Positions 12,571 to 24,255 of a stretch of 64,000 nt of DNA are shown piece after piece. The position numbers were made by a program, and so were the translations under genes. Position 1 is the first letter of the stretch. Every line of letters starts with the position of its first letter. Location: positions 23,755,401 to 23,819,400 of the forward strand of contig NC_057744.1 of the NCBI RefSeq assembly GCF_004010195.1, read 5' to 3'. The notes under the pieces are model-generated. The model was not told where the DNA came from. It made no database searches and saw only the letters and a list, made by a program, of their open reading frames with translations. Source of the stretch: Chiloscyllium plagiosum. Lineage: Eukaryota.

Positions 12571-13782
12571 CTCAAATTAAATTTGAGAAGCTGCTGACTT
12601 TGACCCAGAGACACTGAAGGAGTGGTGATATATTTCCAAATCAGAACAGTGAGCGGCTGAAAGGGGAACTTGCTGGATCCTCTGGATGGAAATGGTCATG
12701 GATTAGGAAGGTTCTGTTTAAGAAGCTAGATTGAATTTCCTGAAGATGCTACGCACTGTTGCTGTTGAATGTCAGAGGTGATTCTGAATGTGGTGGCAAT
12801 CAAATGGCTTGCGTTGTCATGGATGCAGTCAAGATTCTTGAGCATTGTTGCAGCTTCGCTTATCCAAGCAAGTGGGGAGTATTCAATAACATTCCTAAAT
12901 TGTGGTCTTGTAGATGGTGGATTGGCTTTGGTGAGTCAGGAGGTGAGTTCCTCCTTGTAGGATTTGTAGCCACTTTCCGGTAGCCACTATTTTCATGTGT
13001 CTCGCCAAGTTCAACTTTGGTCAATGGGATCTCCATTGTGTGGAGTGGTGATGATGATGATGATGAGATTGAATGTCAAAAGCAGATGGCTAGATTCTCT
13101 CTTTTTGGAGATATTTCTTCCTACTCATCAGCTCAAGCCAGGATATTGTCTAGGTCTTGCCGCATGTATATGTGGACTTCTTCAGGGGTCATGAATGTTG
13201 CTGAACATTATGCAATCATCAGCAAACATACCCATTTCTGTGCGGATGATGCAGGGAAGGTCATTGATGGAGCAACTAATGATGCTTGGGCCTCAGATAC
13301 TATCCTCCGGAACTCCTGCAGGCTATCACAGAGCTGAAATCAACTACCATTCTTTTCTTTTGTGTCAGGTATGTCTCCAACAACAGACAAATTTCCTTCT
13401 GATTTCCATTGACTCGAGCTTTTTCTCGGGATGCATATATTGTTTTATTATCGAGGGCAGTCATTGTCACCCATCTTACCTGTTAAAGTGAAAAGATAAT
13501 AAGGTTTATTTTTGCAGAAAAATCAAGAGTTTTGTCAAATTGGTTGGCCATTGTGTATCCAAGGTGCCACTGACAAGTCAAGTCTAGTTTCCTTTGCAGA
13601 ATGTATGGATTATTTGCATTTAGATATAGAAAACAATTTTTAAATGTATAAAACTAAGAGTTTTAAAGAAAAAAAACGATAAAGTGTTCATTTGGTAAAG
13701 TGTACTTTGGTTAGCAGAAAATTTTATTCAACAAGCTTTGAAAAGGAAACTCCAAGATGATTGGGTGATTCCTCTTGATGCT

Positions 13783-13971
13783 GAAAATGTGTTGCTGGAA
13801 AAGCGCAGCAGGTCAGGCAGCATCCAAGGAGAAGAGAATTGACGTTTCGGGCACAAGCCCTTCCGTCGATTCTCCTGTTCCTTGGATGCTGCCTGACCCG
13901 CTGCGCTTTTCCAGCAACACATTTTCAGCTCTGATCTCCAGCATCTGCAGCCCTCACTTTCTCCTCGAAGA
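13783..13971. mobile_element. Palindromic Penelope-derived insert with 17-bp TSD
   Basis: Near-perfect inverted arms. TGATTCCTCTTGATGCT occurs at 13766-13782 and 13972-13988. Confidence 0.85.
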
Positions 13972-14189
13972 TGATTCCTCTTGATGCTAACTTGTATTTT
14001 TTGGGTGGGGTATTTGACAAACTCCACCTATTAGAAATTGACTGGAAGAAACAGGACAAAACTGGAAAAGCGGCATAAATATTTTTGCCCTAATTCTTTT
14101 ATAGTTTACAGGGGTTCCGTAGCTGAAGTTATGACAGACGTAGAAGAGTAACCTAAGGATATACCTTTATTCTGGAGTAAATCCATCTG

Positions 14190-14545
14190 TACTTCTCTCT
14201 GCTCAAGGAAGGCAGCCAGTATAATCAAATACCCTCCCACCCAAATTATAATCCTCTCTTCCTTCGCCTTCAGGTGGGATGAAGATACAAAAGCTTAAAC
14301 ACAGATACTTTCTTCCCTGCTGTCATTAGACTTCTGAATGGACCACTCAAATTTTATACTTCATGTTGATCTCGCTCTTTGTGCACCTTCTCTGCAACCT
14401 TAACATTGTAATGCTCACCCTGTTCTGCAATCCTGATGCAGTTTGTATCACGGGGTCTGTCTGTACTGCACACAAAACAAAACTTCTCACTGTACCAAGG
14501 TATATGTGACAATAATAAATCAAATCAAATCAAATCAAATCAATA
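14190..14545 (+). mobile_element. LINE 3' end (Rex1/L2-like) with (CAAAT)n tail
   Basis: Resembles the 3' end of the 3040-4298 element and ends tgacaataataaat(caaat)4. Confidence 0.6.
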
Positions 14546-14837
14546 AATAGGTGACCCTATTCTCAAATTCATAGACAAACTGGCAACTGAGATATCAAAA
14601 TTGACATGATAGGTTCTGTTGGTCCATTCTGCTTCATAAGGAGTGATTCTTCTGTGCACATGAACAACTTGCAGTTGGATGGAGTTACAATACAGGTCAG
14701 CTGTGATCTAATTGAATATTAGAATGGGCAAGAGGATGAATGAAGAATTCTGAATGCAGTGTCATTCTCAATGCTGTGCCAGCACCAGACAAAAGAGAAG
14801 AGCAAATGAAGTGACTTTACCTATCCGTTGGAAGTGT

Positions 14838-15147
14838 TTAGATTAGATTAGATTCCCTACAGTGTGGAAACAAGCCCTTAGGCCCAACCATCCACACCGA
14901 CCCTCCGAAGAGTAACCCACTCAGACCCATTTCCCTCTGACTAATGCACGTAACACTATGGGCAATTTAGCCTGGCCAATTCATCTGACCTGCACATCTT
15001 TGGACTATGGGAGGAAATCGTAACACCTGGAGGAAACATGGGGAGAATGTGCAAACTCCACACAGACACTCGCCCAAGGCTGGAATCAAACCTGGAACCC
15101 TGGTGCTGCAAGGCAGCAGTGCTAACCACTGAGCCACCGTGCCGCCC
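14838..15147 (-). mobile_element. HE1-type SINE
   Basis: Head ggcggcacggtggctcagtggttagcactgctgcc on the - strand, (TAATC)n tail. Confidence 0.85.
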
Positions 15148-15529
15148 CCATGGTTCTTAGCAGAATAGTGACAGGAGTACATTGCCATTTAATAGGGGCT
15201 GCAAACTGCATTCTGACAGTCTCAGAGAAGCAGTTGTTGAGGACAACGTTCCTGCCCAGGGCAGACATTTTCCGGTAAGGTCAAATCAAACTTGCAGCCT
15301 CGCAACTTCCAGGAAACAATATGGGGTTATTGCAATTCACAGAGACAGGATAATTGGAACTACTTTATTTTCAAGTAGCCAGAAAGTTTAAGGAAAATGC
15401 CACAAACTGTGTATTAATTTGATAATGTTTCACTTGCACATTTAATGTGCTGGAAGGATAAGTGAAACTAATTTGTTCTCAGTCAAATCAGTTGGACTGC
15501 TATAATATCTTATAGTCCCCATAGGGATA

Positions 15530-16847
15530 GTTCCTGAGATGAGTGGGATCTCATTGAAATGTATAAAAATCTGACAAGGCTGGTTGCAAGGGTGATGTTT
15601 CCCAAGATACAGAATGAAGGGCCTTGGGCCCAGGTTAGGCAATCGGCCATTTTGGATCGAGATGAAGAGAAATTTCTTCATTCAGAGGGTGGTAAACCTA
15701 TAAAATTCTCTTCTATTGAAAGCTGGGGAGATGAAATCACTGAGTATATTTAAGAAAGAAATAGATAGATTTCTTAAAGCTAAAGATGTCGAGAGATGTA
15801 GGGTGAGTGGGACTAAGACGTTGAGATAGAAGATCAACTCGGATTATGTCAAATGGCAGAGCATGCTCAACAGAGCCAAACAGCTACTTAGAACATAAAA
15901 ACAGAAGAGGAGCAAGCCATTCAGTCCCTCATGTCGGCCCTGCTTCTCATTAAGACCTTAGCTGATCTGCCCCAGGTTTTAACTCTTCATTCATGCCAGC
16001 TCCTCATATTATTCTACTATATTACACTCATCACTATTTCAAAAAGCGATCTACATTCTCCTGAAATATTTTCAAAGATCTAGCCTCCAGAACTCTCTGT
16101 GGGAAAGAATTCCAAATATTTACTACCCTTTTCAGTAATAAAATTTCTTTGCCTCGATCTGCTTATTCTGTAACTATGTCCTGAGGTTTAAGAATTTCCC
16201 TCAAGTGGAACCATCCTTTCAACATCTATTTCTGCTTCTATTTTCTGTATTTTGATTGTATAATCACTGAAAATAAGACAAAGTTGTCTTGGAGTTTCAG
16301 AGCCATGAGGTCATGTGGCCGCACTTGGAGTATTGCATACAGTCTGGTCATCGCACTATATGAAGGATGTGGAAGCTTTGGAAAGGATTCAGAGGAGATT
16401 TATTTGGATGATGCCTGGTATGGAGGATAGGTCTTACGAGGTAATGCTGGGGGACTTGAGGCTGTTTTTGTTAGAGAGAAGAAGGTTGAGAGGTGACTTA
16501 ATTGAAACATATAAGATAATCTGAAGGTTAGATAGGGTGGGCATTGAGATCCTTTTTCCTTGGATGGTGATGGCTAGCATGAGGGGACGGAGATTTAAAT
16601 TGAGGGGTCATAGATATAGGACAGATGTCAGGGGTAGTTTCTTTATTCAGAGAATAGTAAGGGCATGAAACATACTGCCTGCAACAGTAGTAGACTTGCC
16701 AACATTAAGAGCATTTAAATGGTCATTGGATAAACATATGGATGAAAATGGAATAATGTAGGGCAGATGGGCTTTAGATTGGTTTCACAGGTTGGCGTAA
16801 CATCGAGGGGCTATGCTGTGCTGTAAAGTTCTATGTTCTATGTTCTA
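15530..16847. mobile_element. Cluster of CR1 3' fragments in both orientations
   Basis: KDVEALERIQRRF...RRRLRGDLIETYKI in ORF 16315..16524, with CR1 3' UTRs. Confidence 0.75.
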
Positions 16848-17490
16848 AAAGTACATGGGATTTTGTAAATAGAGGCATAGAGAAACAAAACTGACAAAAT
16901 TGCAAACCTTTAGAAAACATTGGTTCAGCATCAACTGAAGTATGTTTTATGTTCTTATGTAAAGTATGGGATGTTTTAAACTAAAATGTAGGGGAATGGG
17001 AACCTATGCAGGGCGACAGAAGAGAGGGATGTCAATCCAATGGGCTGCTTTGTTCTGATTTGTGTCAAGCTTATTGAATGATCTTGGAGTTGAACTCAAG
17101 AAGTGAGCACAAGATAATCCATTTCATTCCTGACTTTTTTGCTTGCAGCTGAGGGACTAACCTTGGGGAGATGCACAGCGTGTTACCCATTGCAGAATTC
17201 CCGGAATTTCACAAGTTCATGTGGACACTGTATTTATATTGCTGAACCAGTTTCTGGTCAATAGTAACCCAGAGGAGAAAGTGAGGACTGCAGATGCTGG
17301 AGATCAGAATCGAGAGTGTGCTACTGGAATAGCACAGCAGGTCAGGCAGCATCTGAGGAGCAGGAGAATCGGTGTTTCAGGCATAAGCCCTTCATCAGGA
17401 ATCCACTTGTGCTGACTGATTATTGACTAAGGAGATGTGGGTTCAAATCCCATCGCTGCCACTTGTGCTGACTGACTATCAAGTGTATCT

Positions 17491-17572
17491 GGTAGTGTGG
17501 ATGAGCAGTCTAAGGCACTGGATTCAGGTTCCAGTCTCTAAGGAGATATGGATCAGAATCCCACTGCTGCCA
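17491..17572 (+). pseudogene. tRNA-Leu pseudogene (82 nt), preceded by partial tandem copies at 17403-17475
   Basis: ggtagtgtggatgagcagtctaaggcactggattcaggttccagtctctaaggagatatggatcagaatcccactgctgcca is colinear with the vertebrate tRNA-Leu(AAG/TAG) consensus. The T-loop is mutated (GATCAGA). Confidence 0.75.
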
Positions 17573-18627
17573 TTTGTGCTGATTGATTATTAATAGCAAC
17601 CCATAGCATGATAATGAGCAAAATCAGTGATGGTTGAAAATCATGGGGTTATAGTTAGGCTCTCTTTTGTTAGGATGTTGATTAGTATGAGAATCAAAGG
17701 TTACAGGGAAAGGGCGGGAGGTCATCATGAGGAATGTCAGATCTTACTGAATGACTGAGCAGGCTTGTCGGGAGGAATGCCTATTCCTGCTCCTCTTTCT
17801 TCCGTCTAATTTGCTGGAGGCCTGAATCAAAAATAGAAACTGCTAGAGAAACTCAGCAAGTTTGCCAGTATCTGTGGAGAATAAACAGAGTTGGCGTTTT
17901 GTGTCCCATGACCTTTCTTCAGAGAAGAAAGCCCGAAAGATTTGTCTCACCCATTGGAGGGTTAGTGCAGACTCAATGGGCCAAATGGTATCTTTCTATA
18001 CTGTAGAGATTCTGTGATTCTGAATCAGTACAGTCCATTGTTATACAAAGTAAAGCAAAGGAGTCCTCACTCCCACCATCCCACAATCTGACATGCTCAG
18101 TTCAGCTTTGGAAGCTACCTCCAATTATTTGACCATAGAAACCATGACAGGTGCTAACTTCTGAGATCCAGTTTTCAAGCCATTGTCTTCAGTAAGAGAA
18201 TGTTCGAGCAAGTGTGTAACATTAGCAGACCGATCATACTTCCATTTTGTTCAGTATCTTTTATATTGATCTGTCTTTAATCTTTGTTTCTGTATTTTAG
18301 TTGGTAACTGTATCATTTTTTAATTAATCACTTTTCAGCAATAGTTTACAATAAACAAACATCTGACCTTCTTTAATAATTAAGCATTGCATGGTTACTG
18401 GTTATTTTTAAATTACAATACTTGAAAAAGCAAAGGAGGCTCATGTAGTTATGTACATTTACAGTTCGTGAATCATTCTGAGGACACACCTGGTCTGGTA
18501 ATGACATAATACTGCATAAACTGTCAGTAAATCTCCAGTAATGTTACCCTGAACTTCAATGGACTTGATATTATTACACTTCACTGGATATGTAATTACA
18601 TTCATGATGTTTTTCCCTTTCTTTCAG

Positions 18628-18921
18628 GACTCCCTGATACTTCCAGTGTGGACGGTGCTTTGGTTACTGGATGTAGATCTAACTGACCTGCTCTGTCTGG
18701 GGGTGTACTCTGAGAATATCTACTTTACTTGGACCTGTGTTGGAGCAAAAATCAACAAAAACATATCTGCTCACCCTTTACTGTCAATTGCAACTCCATT
18801 GCCAGCAGCAAACTTGAGATCATCCCTTAAGTAATCCATCATAGCACTGTCTGTAGGTGTCTGAAAAAATGTGTGACTTTCAAACAACCAGTAAGAGATG
18901 AGACCAAATGAGATGTTGTAC
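18628..18921 (+). pseudogene. Decayed C1-set Ig pseudo-exon
   Basis: Strong acceptor tttttccctttctttcag|. LLCL-GVYSENIYFTW and SSKLEIIP*VIHHSTVCRC...VV|gtcagt align, across frameshifts and stops, to the gene B C1 exon. Confidence 0.65.
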
Positions 18922-19986
18922 GTCAGTAGTCTCTTCAACACTGTTGCTTTTATCAGGATTGGCTCACAGTTCAAAGGAAAATGCTCCTGCCCAGAAAAGC
19001 AATTCCTCTTTAGTTTGTGGTTTTTGATTTTGTAAGCTTCCTTTAATTAGCGGCACAAGAAAGTTAAGGCATGAACATGAACTCATAGTCCAGACTGAAC
19101 TTGCACATAATACTGAGAATGAGTTACTTTGCTGGGGATACCCTCCATGTTTAAACATTATCCTGTCTGCTGGTTCAAGACCATTTTGAAACTGACATTG
19201 CTCCATTTGAGAATAAGCTGTGAGATACTCAGTGTGCTGATTAATATTTGCCAAATAGTTAATTGATAAAGAAATTAATCAGTTGTTCACCTCATGATTA
19301 ATTTGAATTATCTCTTGTAGCTAAATTCACTACATTCATTCAACCAATGGTAATTCACCAAAGGCATAATTCATTATGCATTTAAGTTGAACATATGACA
19401 TTTTGAAAACACTTCCTTTTACATGTGTGTCTTGTCTGGAATCAAAATTTATCATATTGTTCCCCGATCAAACTTAATCTTTGGAAACACCTTCAAATTA
19501 TGCAACATTGCAGACTTTTTCTTCTTCTTTAAACAATCCTTAAGCATTTAAAACCAAAGCTGGGATGTACCTGACTAATAGCATCTGAGGAATTTCTTGT
19601 CAGCTTTTCAAAGTGCCTTACATGATGGACTAAGGATCTTGACCATTTAAATAAGAGCAAAATACAGCAAATGCTGGAAATCTGATATAAAAGCAGTAAG
19701 TGCTGAACACACATGGCAGATCTGGTAGCATCTGTGGAGAGAGAAACAGAGTTAATGCTTCAGGGGCAGCACAATGGCTCAGTATTTAGCACTGTTGCCT
19801 CACAATACCAGGGACCTGGGTTCTATTCCATCCTTGGACAACTGTCTGTGTGGATTTGCACTTTCTCCCCATGTCTGCATGGGTTTCCTCTGGATGCTCC
19901 GGTTTTCTCCCACAATCCAAAGATGTACAAAGTTAAAAATCACACAACACCAGGTTATAGTCCAACAGGTTTAATTGGAAGCACAC

Positions 19987-20015
19987 TAGCTTTCGGAGCG
20001 ATGCTCCTTCATCAG
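19987..20015 (-). ncRNA. Minimal hammerhead ribozyme core
   Basis: CTGATGA-A-GGAGC-ATC-GCTCC-GAAA-GCTA on the - strand. Confidence 0.6.
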
Positions 20016-20482
20016 GTGATAGTGGAGGGCTCGATCATAACACAGAATTTATAGCAAAAATTTGCAGTGTGATGTAACTGAAATTATCAATCTGATGTTT
20101 AGATTGATTCTAATCTAAAAAGTGAGATAACAGAGTTTTACATGAATTCATGCAAAGTACAACGTAATAATGATCTTAATGAGTTAATGAAACAAATACT
20201 GACGGTTTTCTGGCTATAACTGATGACCATTTACACACTTATTTAGAGAAGTGATGTTATTTAAACTGAAAATTTAAACTTCTTCAGGAAGGCTCATGCC
20301 CGAAATGTCGATTCTCCTGCTCCTTGGATGCTGCCTGACCTGATGTGCTTTTCCAGCAACACATTTTCTGCTCTGATCTCCAGCATCTGCAGTCCTCACT
20401 TTCCCCTCTGATCTTATTTAAAACAAAGTTAAAAATCACACAACACCAGGTTATAGTCCAACAGGTTTAATTGGAAGCACAC

Positions 20483-20511
20483 GAGCTTTCGGAGCGATGC
20501 TCCTTCATCAG
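20483..20511 (-). ncRNA. Minimal hammerhead ribozyme core
   Basis: CTGATGA-A-GGAGC-ATC-GCTCC-GAAA-GCTC on the - strand. Confidence 0.6.
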
Positions 20512-20538
20512 GTGATAGTGGAGGGCTCGATCGTAACA

Positions 20539-21034
20539 NNNNNNNNNNNNNNNNNNNNNNNNNNNNNNNNNNNNNNNNNNNNNNNNNNNNNNNNNNNNNN
20601 NNNNNNNNNNNNNNNNNNNNNNNNNNNNNNNNNNNNNNNNNNNNNNNNNNNNNNNNNNNNNNNNNNNNNNNNNNNNNNNNNNNNNNNNNNNNNNNNNNNN
20701 NNNNNNNNNNNNNNNNNNNNNNNNNNNNNNNNNNNNNNNNNNNNNNNNNNNNNNNNNNNNNNNNNNNNNNNNNNNNNNNNNNNNNNNNNNNNNNNNNNNN
20801 NNNNNNNNNNNNNNNNNNNNNNNNNNNNNNNNNNNNNNNNNNNNNNNNNNNNNNNNNNNNNNNNNNNNNNNNNNNNNNNNNNNNNNNNNNNNNNNNNNNN
20901 NNNNNNNNNNNNNNNNNNNNNNNNNNNNNNNNNNNNNNNNNNNNNNNNNNNNNNNNNNNNNNNNNNNNNNNNNNNNNNNNNNNNNNNNNNNNNNNNNNNN
21001 NNNNNNNNNNNNNNNNNNNNNNNNNNNNNNNNNN
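20539..21034. other. Assembly gap (496 N)
   Basis: Run of n. Confidence 1.
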
Positions 21035-21258
21035 TTCAACATATTGTCTAGCTATCATCATTGTTAACAGCTAACCTGAGAATGCAACTTTAAAAAAAAT
21101 GTTTTGTGATTTACACATGAAAGGAGTGAAACTATCACTGTATTCCAACAGATGAAAGGCTTAACAGACAATCAATTTTTCAATGTATAATTTCAGTTAC
21201 ATCACACTGCAAATTTTTGCTATAAATTATGTGTTACGATCGAGCCCTCCACTATCAC

Positions 21259-21287
21259 CTGATGAAGGAGCATCGCTCCGAAAGCTA
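21259..21287 (+). ncRNA. Minimal hammerhead ribozyme core
   Basis: CTGATGA-A-GGAGC-ATC-GCTCC-GAAA-GCTA. Confidence 0.6.
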
Positions 21288-21929
21288 GTGTGCTTCCAAT
21301 TAAACCTGTTGGACTATAACCTGGTGTTGTGTGATTTTTAACTTTGTACACCCCAGTCCAACACAGCCATCTCCAAATCAATCCAAAGATGTGCAGGTTA
21401 GGTGAATTGGCCGTGCTAAATTGCCCATTGTGTTCAGAGATGTGTGGGTTAGGTGCATTAGTTAGGGTAAATGTAGAGTAAGGGGATAGGGGAATGGCTC
21501 TGGTTGGGTTACTCTTCAGAGGGTCAGTGTGGACTTGTTGGACCAAATGGCTTGGTTCCACACTGTAGATATTCTAAGGTTCTTACATTCTGAGATAATG
21601 ACCTAGGCAACTTCTCGGTTGTTAGCTATGGCTAATAAATTCTTGCCAGGGACACCACATGCTGTGAGTTAATTTTAAAGAACTGTTATCATTTATTTGT
21701 CCTTTTGTTTGCTATCTGATCTCAGTGTGGAAGTTTAAGCAGGTCAATTAAGCTGGTGACAGAATCATTTATATGACATATTCATTTTGACTTGTGATAT
21801 GTATAAACAATATAATGTAATGGGACAAACTGGCCAGATGGCTTAAAATAGAAATCTAAACAAGCAATTAGCTATTTAGACATACAAGTTCACTTGCTGT
21901 ATCCTATACAAATCAATGATATAGACCAA

Positions 21930-22520
21930 ATTGGGGAGGCTTCTTGTCTGGCAATGGTAGTGACCCTACCTCTGGACAAGGAGACCAAAGTTCAAAACCC
22001 ACCTCTACAGATTGATCTAGAAAATCTCTGAGAGGTGGTTTCTTGTGGCCCCGTGATAGTGTCCATACTTCTGAGCAGGGACACTCTGGTTCAAGTCCCA
22101 CTTGTTCCAGTGGAGTGGAATAACATCTCTGAACTGGTTCATTGGAAAATATCAACAGCAAATTGGGGAGGGTTCTTGGGATGAAATGATAGCATCTCTA
22201 CCTCTGGATCAGGAGGTTCAACTTCACCTGCTCCAAAGTTGTATCATAAAACCCCTGAGCAGGTTGGTTAGAAAATATCTACAGCAGTTTGGAAGGCTCA
22301 TGCCCCTACCTTTGAGTCAGAAGATATCTGTTCAAGTTCCTACCTGTCCCAAAGATGTGTAATAACATCTCTGAACAGGTTAATTCACATTTCTGTGTCA
22401 AATTGGGAGGGTTTAGTGATGCAGTGGTAGCATCTCTACTTGTGAGTCAGGAGGCCATGCGTTCAAGTTCCACTTGCTTCAGACATATTCAGACCTGAAT
22501 AGGTTGGTTCGAAAATATCC
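21930..22520 (+). repeat. Tandem array of ~5 diverged ~120-bp tRNA-derived SINE-like units
   Basis: Recurring ggttcttg..tggtag..cctacctctg..ggttcaagtcccac..aacatctctgaacaggtt..gaaaatatc. Confidence 0.7.
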
Positions 22521-24255
22521 AGACTGATTAACTTGGCAACGTATCAATATTCTGCCTCTACTTTGGTTTGTTACAATATAGATACATGGTCATATTCCAT
22601 CAACATTTAAGGGTGTGATAAACAATGTAGTAATGATTAGATAATCTGCCTCTTGTGACGTTGATTGAGGGATAGATATTGGGAACCCCTGCCCTGCTTT
22701 GAAATAATGCCCTGGGACATTTGCATTTGCATGCACACCACAGGTATGGCTTTGAGTTAATATCTCAACCCATTGCCAGTGTAGGCAGAAGAGCAAGAAC
22801 TAACTCCCCACACCCATCCACCTCATATGCATTTGCCAGGAACATATTTCCTCATCCGCCCGTTTACCAGAATATCTGGGCTATTGAAACACATAAATCA
22901 GGTTTACAAAAATTGCGACATTTTTGAAGTCATGCAGCTGCCATCTGTTCAAACAACCAGATGTTGTGCAACAACACCCAGGAACTATCTGTATCTCAGT
23001 CATAGAAACTGATGTAAGTTTCAGCTGAGTGAAAATTCATTGCTCAGATTGGATGGTGAATTCAAAGGGGGTTACTACATTGTTGATCACACCCATAAAT
23101 GTTGGCAGAATATGGGTGTTTTTTACGTGATGCAGTTCACATGAACAGACTGTCTCTTGTACAATGAAAAGAAGCTAATCCTAAGCAGTCAATACAATTG
23201 CTGCTACTGGCTTGTACACTTGGTGGCAGCACAGGCAGATAGTCGAGCTCAATTTGTTCAGGATTTTGGCATCCTTCTGTCATTTCAATGCTTTTTTTGT
23301 AGCATTTATTATATTTGCCAACGTGTGATGACATGAAATCAGTCAGCAGACTTTCTGGCAAATAAACAGAAAATGCTGGAAAATCTCCACAGATGTGGCA
23401 GTGAAACGTTATATTTGCTTTCTCTCCACAGACATGTGGCAACATCTGTGGAAAGAAAGCAAAGTTAACATTTCAGATTCAGTGATTTTTCTTCATAACT
23501 GGCTATAACTCAGAAAATATTAGTATGTATGCCGGAGATGGGGTAGGGGAAGGGGAGAGGATTAAATGATATGTGGAGATGGAGCACAGAGAAAGAGAAC
23601 AATTGGGTGGTCAGAGTTCAGCCAGGGGAGAATGAATAGCTCTTAATGTGGGCTATTAACAACTGACAACAGTTTGTGTGTGGTAGCAGTCCATGGGATG
23701 ACATGGCCTGGTGTGTGAGCTTGGAGATAAAGACATGAGTGAAGGTGTACAGGCTGTATCGTTATTGAACTCGATATTGAAGAAGAAACTGAAATAATGT
23801 TCTTCCAGTTTCCACTGAGCTTCGCTGGAGCACTGCAGCAAGCCAGAGACAAGAGATGTTGGCCAGGGAACATGGTGGTGTTTGAAGTGACAGACAACTG
23901 GAAGCTCAGGGCCATTTCTGTGGAAAGGACATTTCTGCGAACCTTCTGGCATTTGTTTATGGCCAACATAAGTATATTGCATTTTAACATATGAACAATG
24001 TGTTTAATGACAAAATCCCCATTATCATACAGCTGTCCTGATAACAAGACTAATGTAGTCTGTCCATACCTGACAGGTGGTGGTGATACAGTGGCTGAGC
24101 TGTTTCCTACAGGGTATTTTAAATCATCTCACTGTTCAATTTTTGGCTTTAAAAAGGTTGCTGTATCTGGGGGTATTATCATCTGCCTCCAGTGACATGT
24201 CCCTCCATCCCACCTAGTCAAACAGTCTTTTGCTCCTGTAAGATTTTGAGAGTAA

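Larger units (their letters stand above)
19762..21575 (+). mobile_element. HE1-type SINE split by a ~1.45 kb Penelope-related insertion that contains an assembly gap
   Basis: SINE 5' half ends at 19926 and the 3' half resumes at 21379. CAATCCAAAGATGT is duplicated at 19913-19926 and 21379-21392. Confidence 0.75.

Noticed and set aside
20429-21061. Long X-filled ORFs
   Set aside because: Artefacts of the N gap.
21930-22520. CRISPR-like array or functional tRNA cluster
   Set aside because: Vertebrate DNA, and the units are diverged SINE-like copies without identical repeats or intact cloverleaves.
22945-23150. Possible degenerate Ig-like stretch (DVSFS*..W..TTLLITPI..NMGVFY)
   Set aside because: Both Cys positions are missing, it needs frameshifts and has no clear splice sites, so it is not distinguishable from chance by eye.
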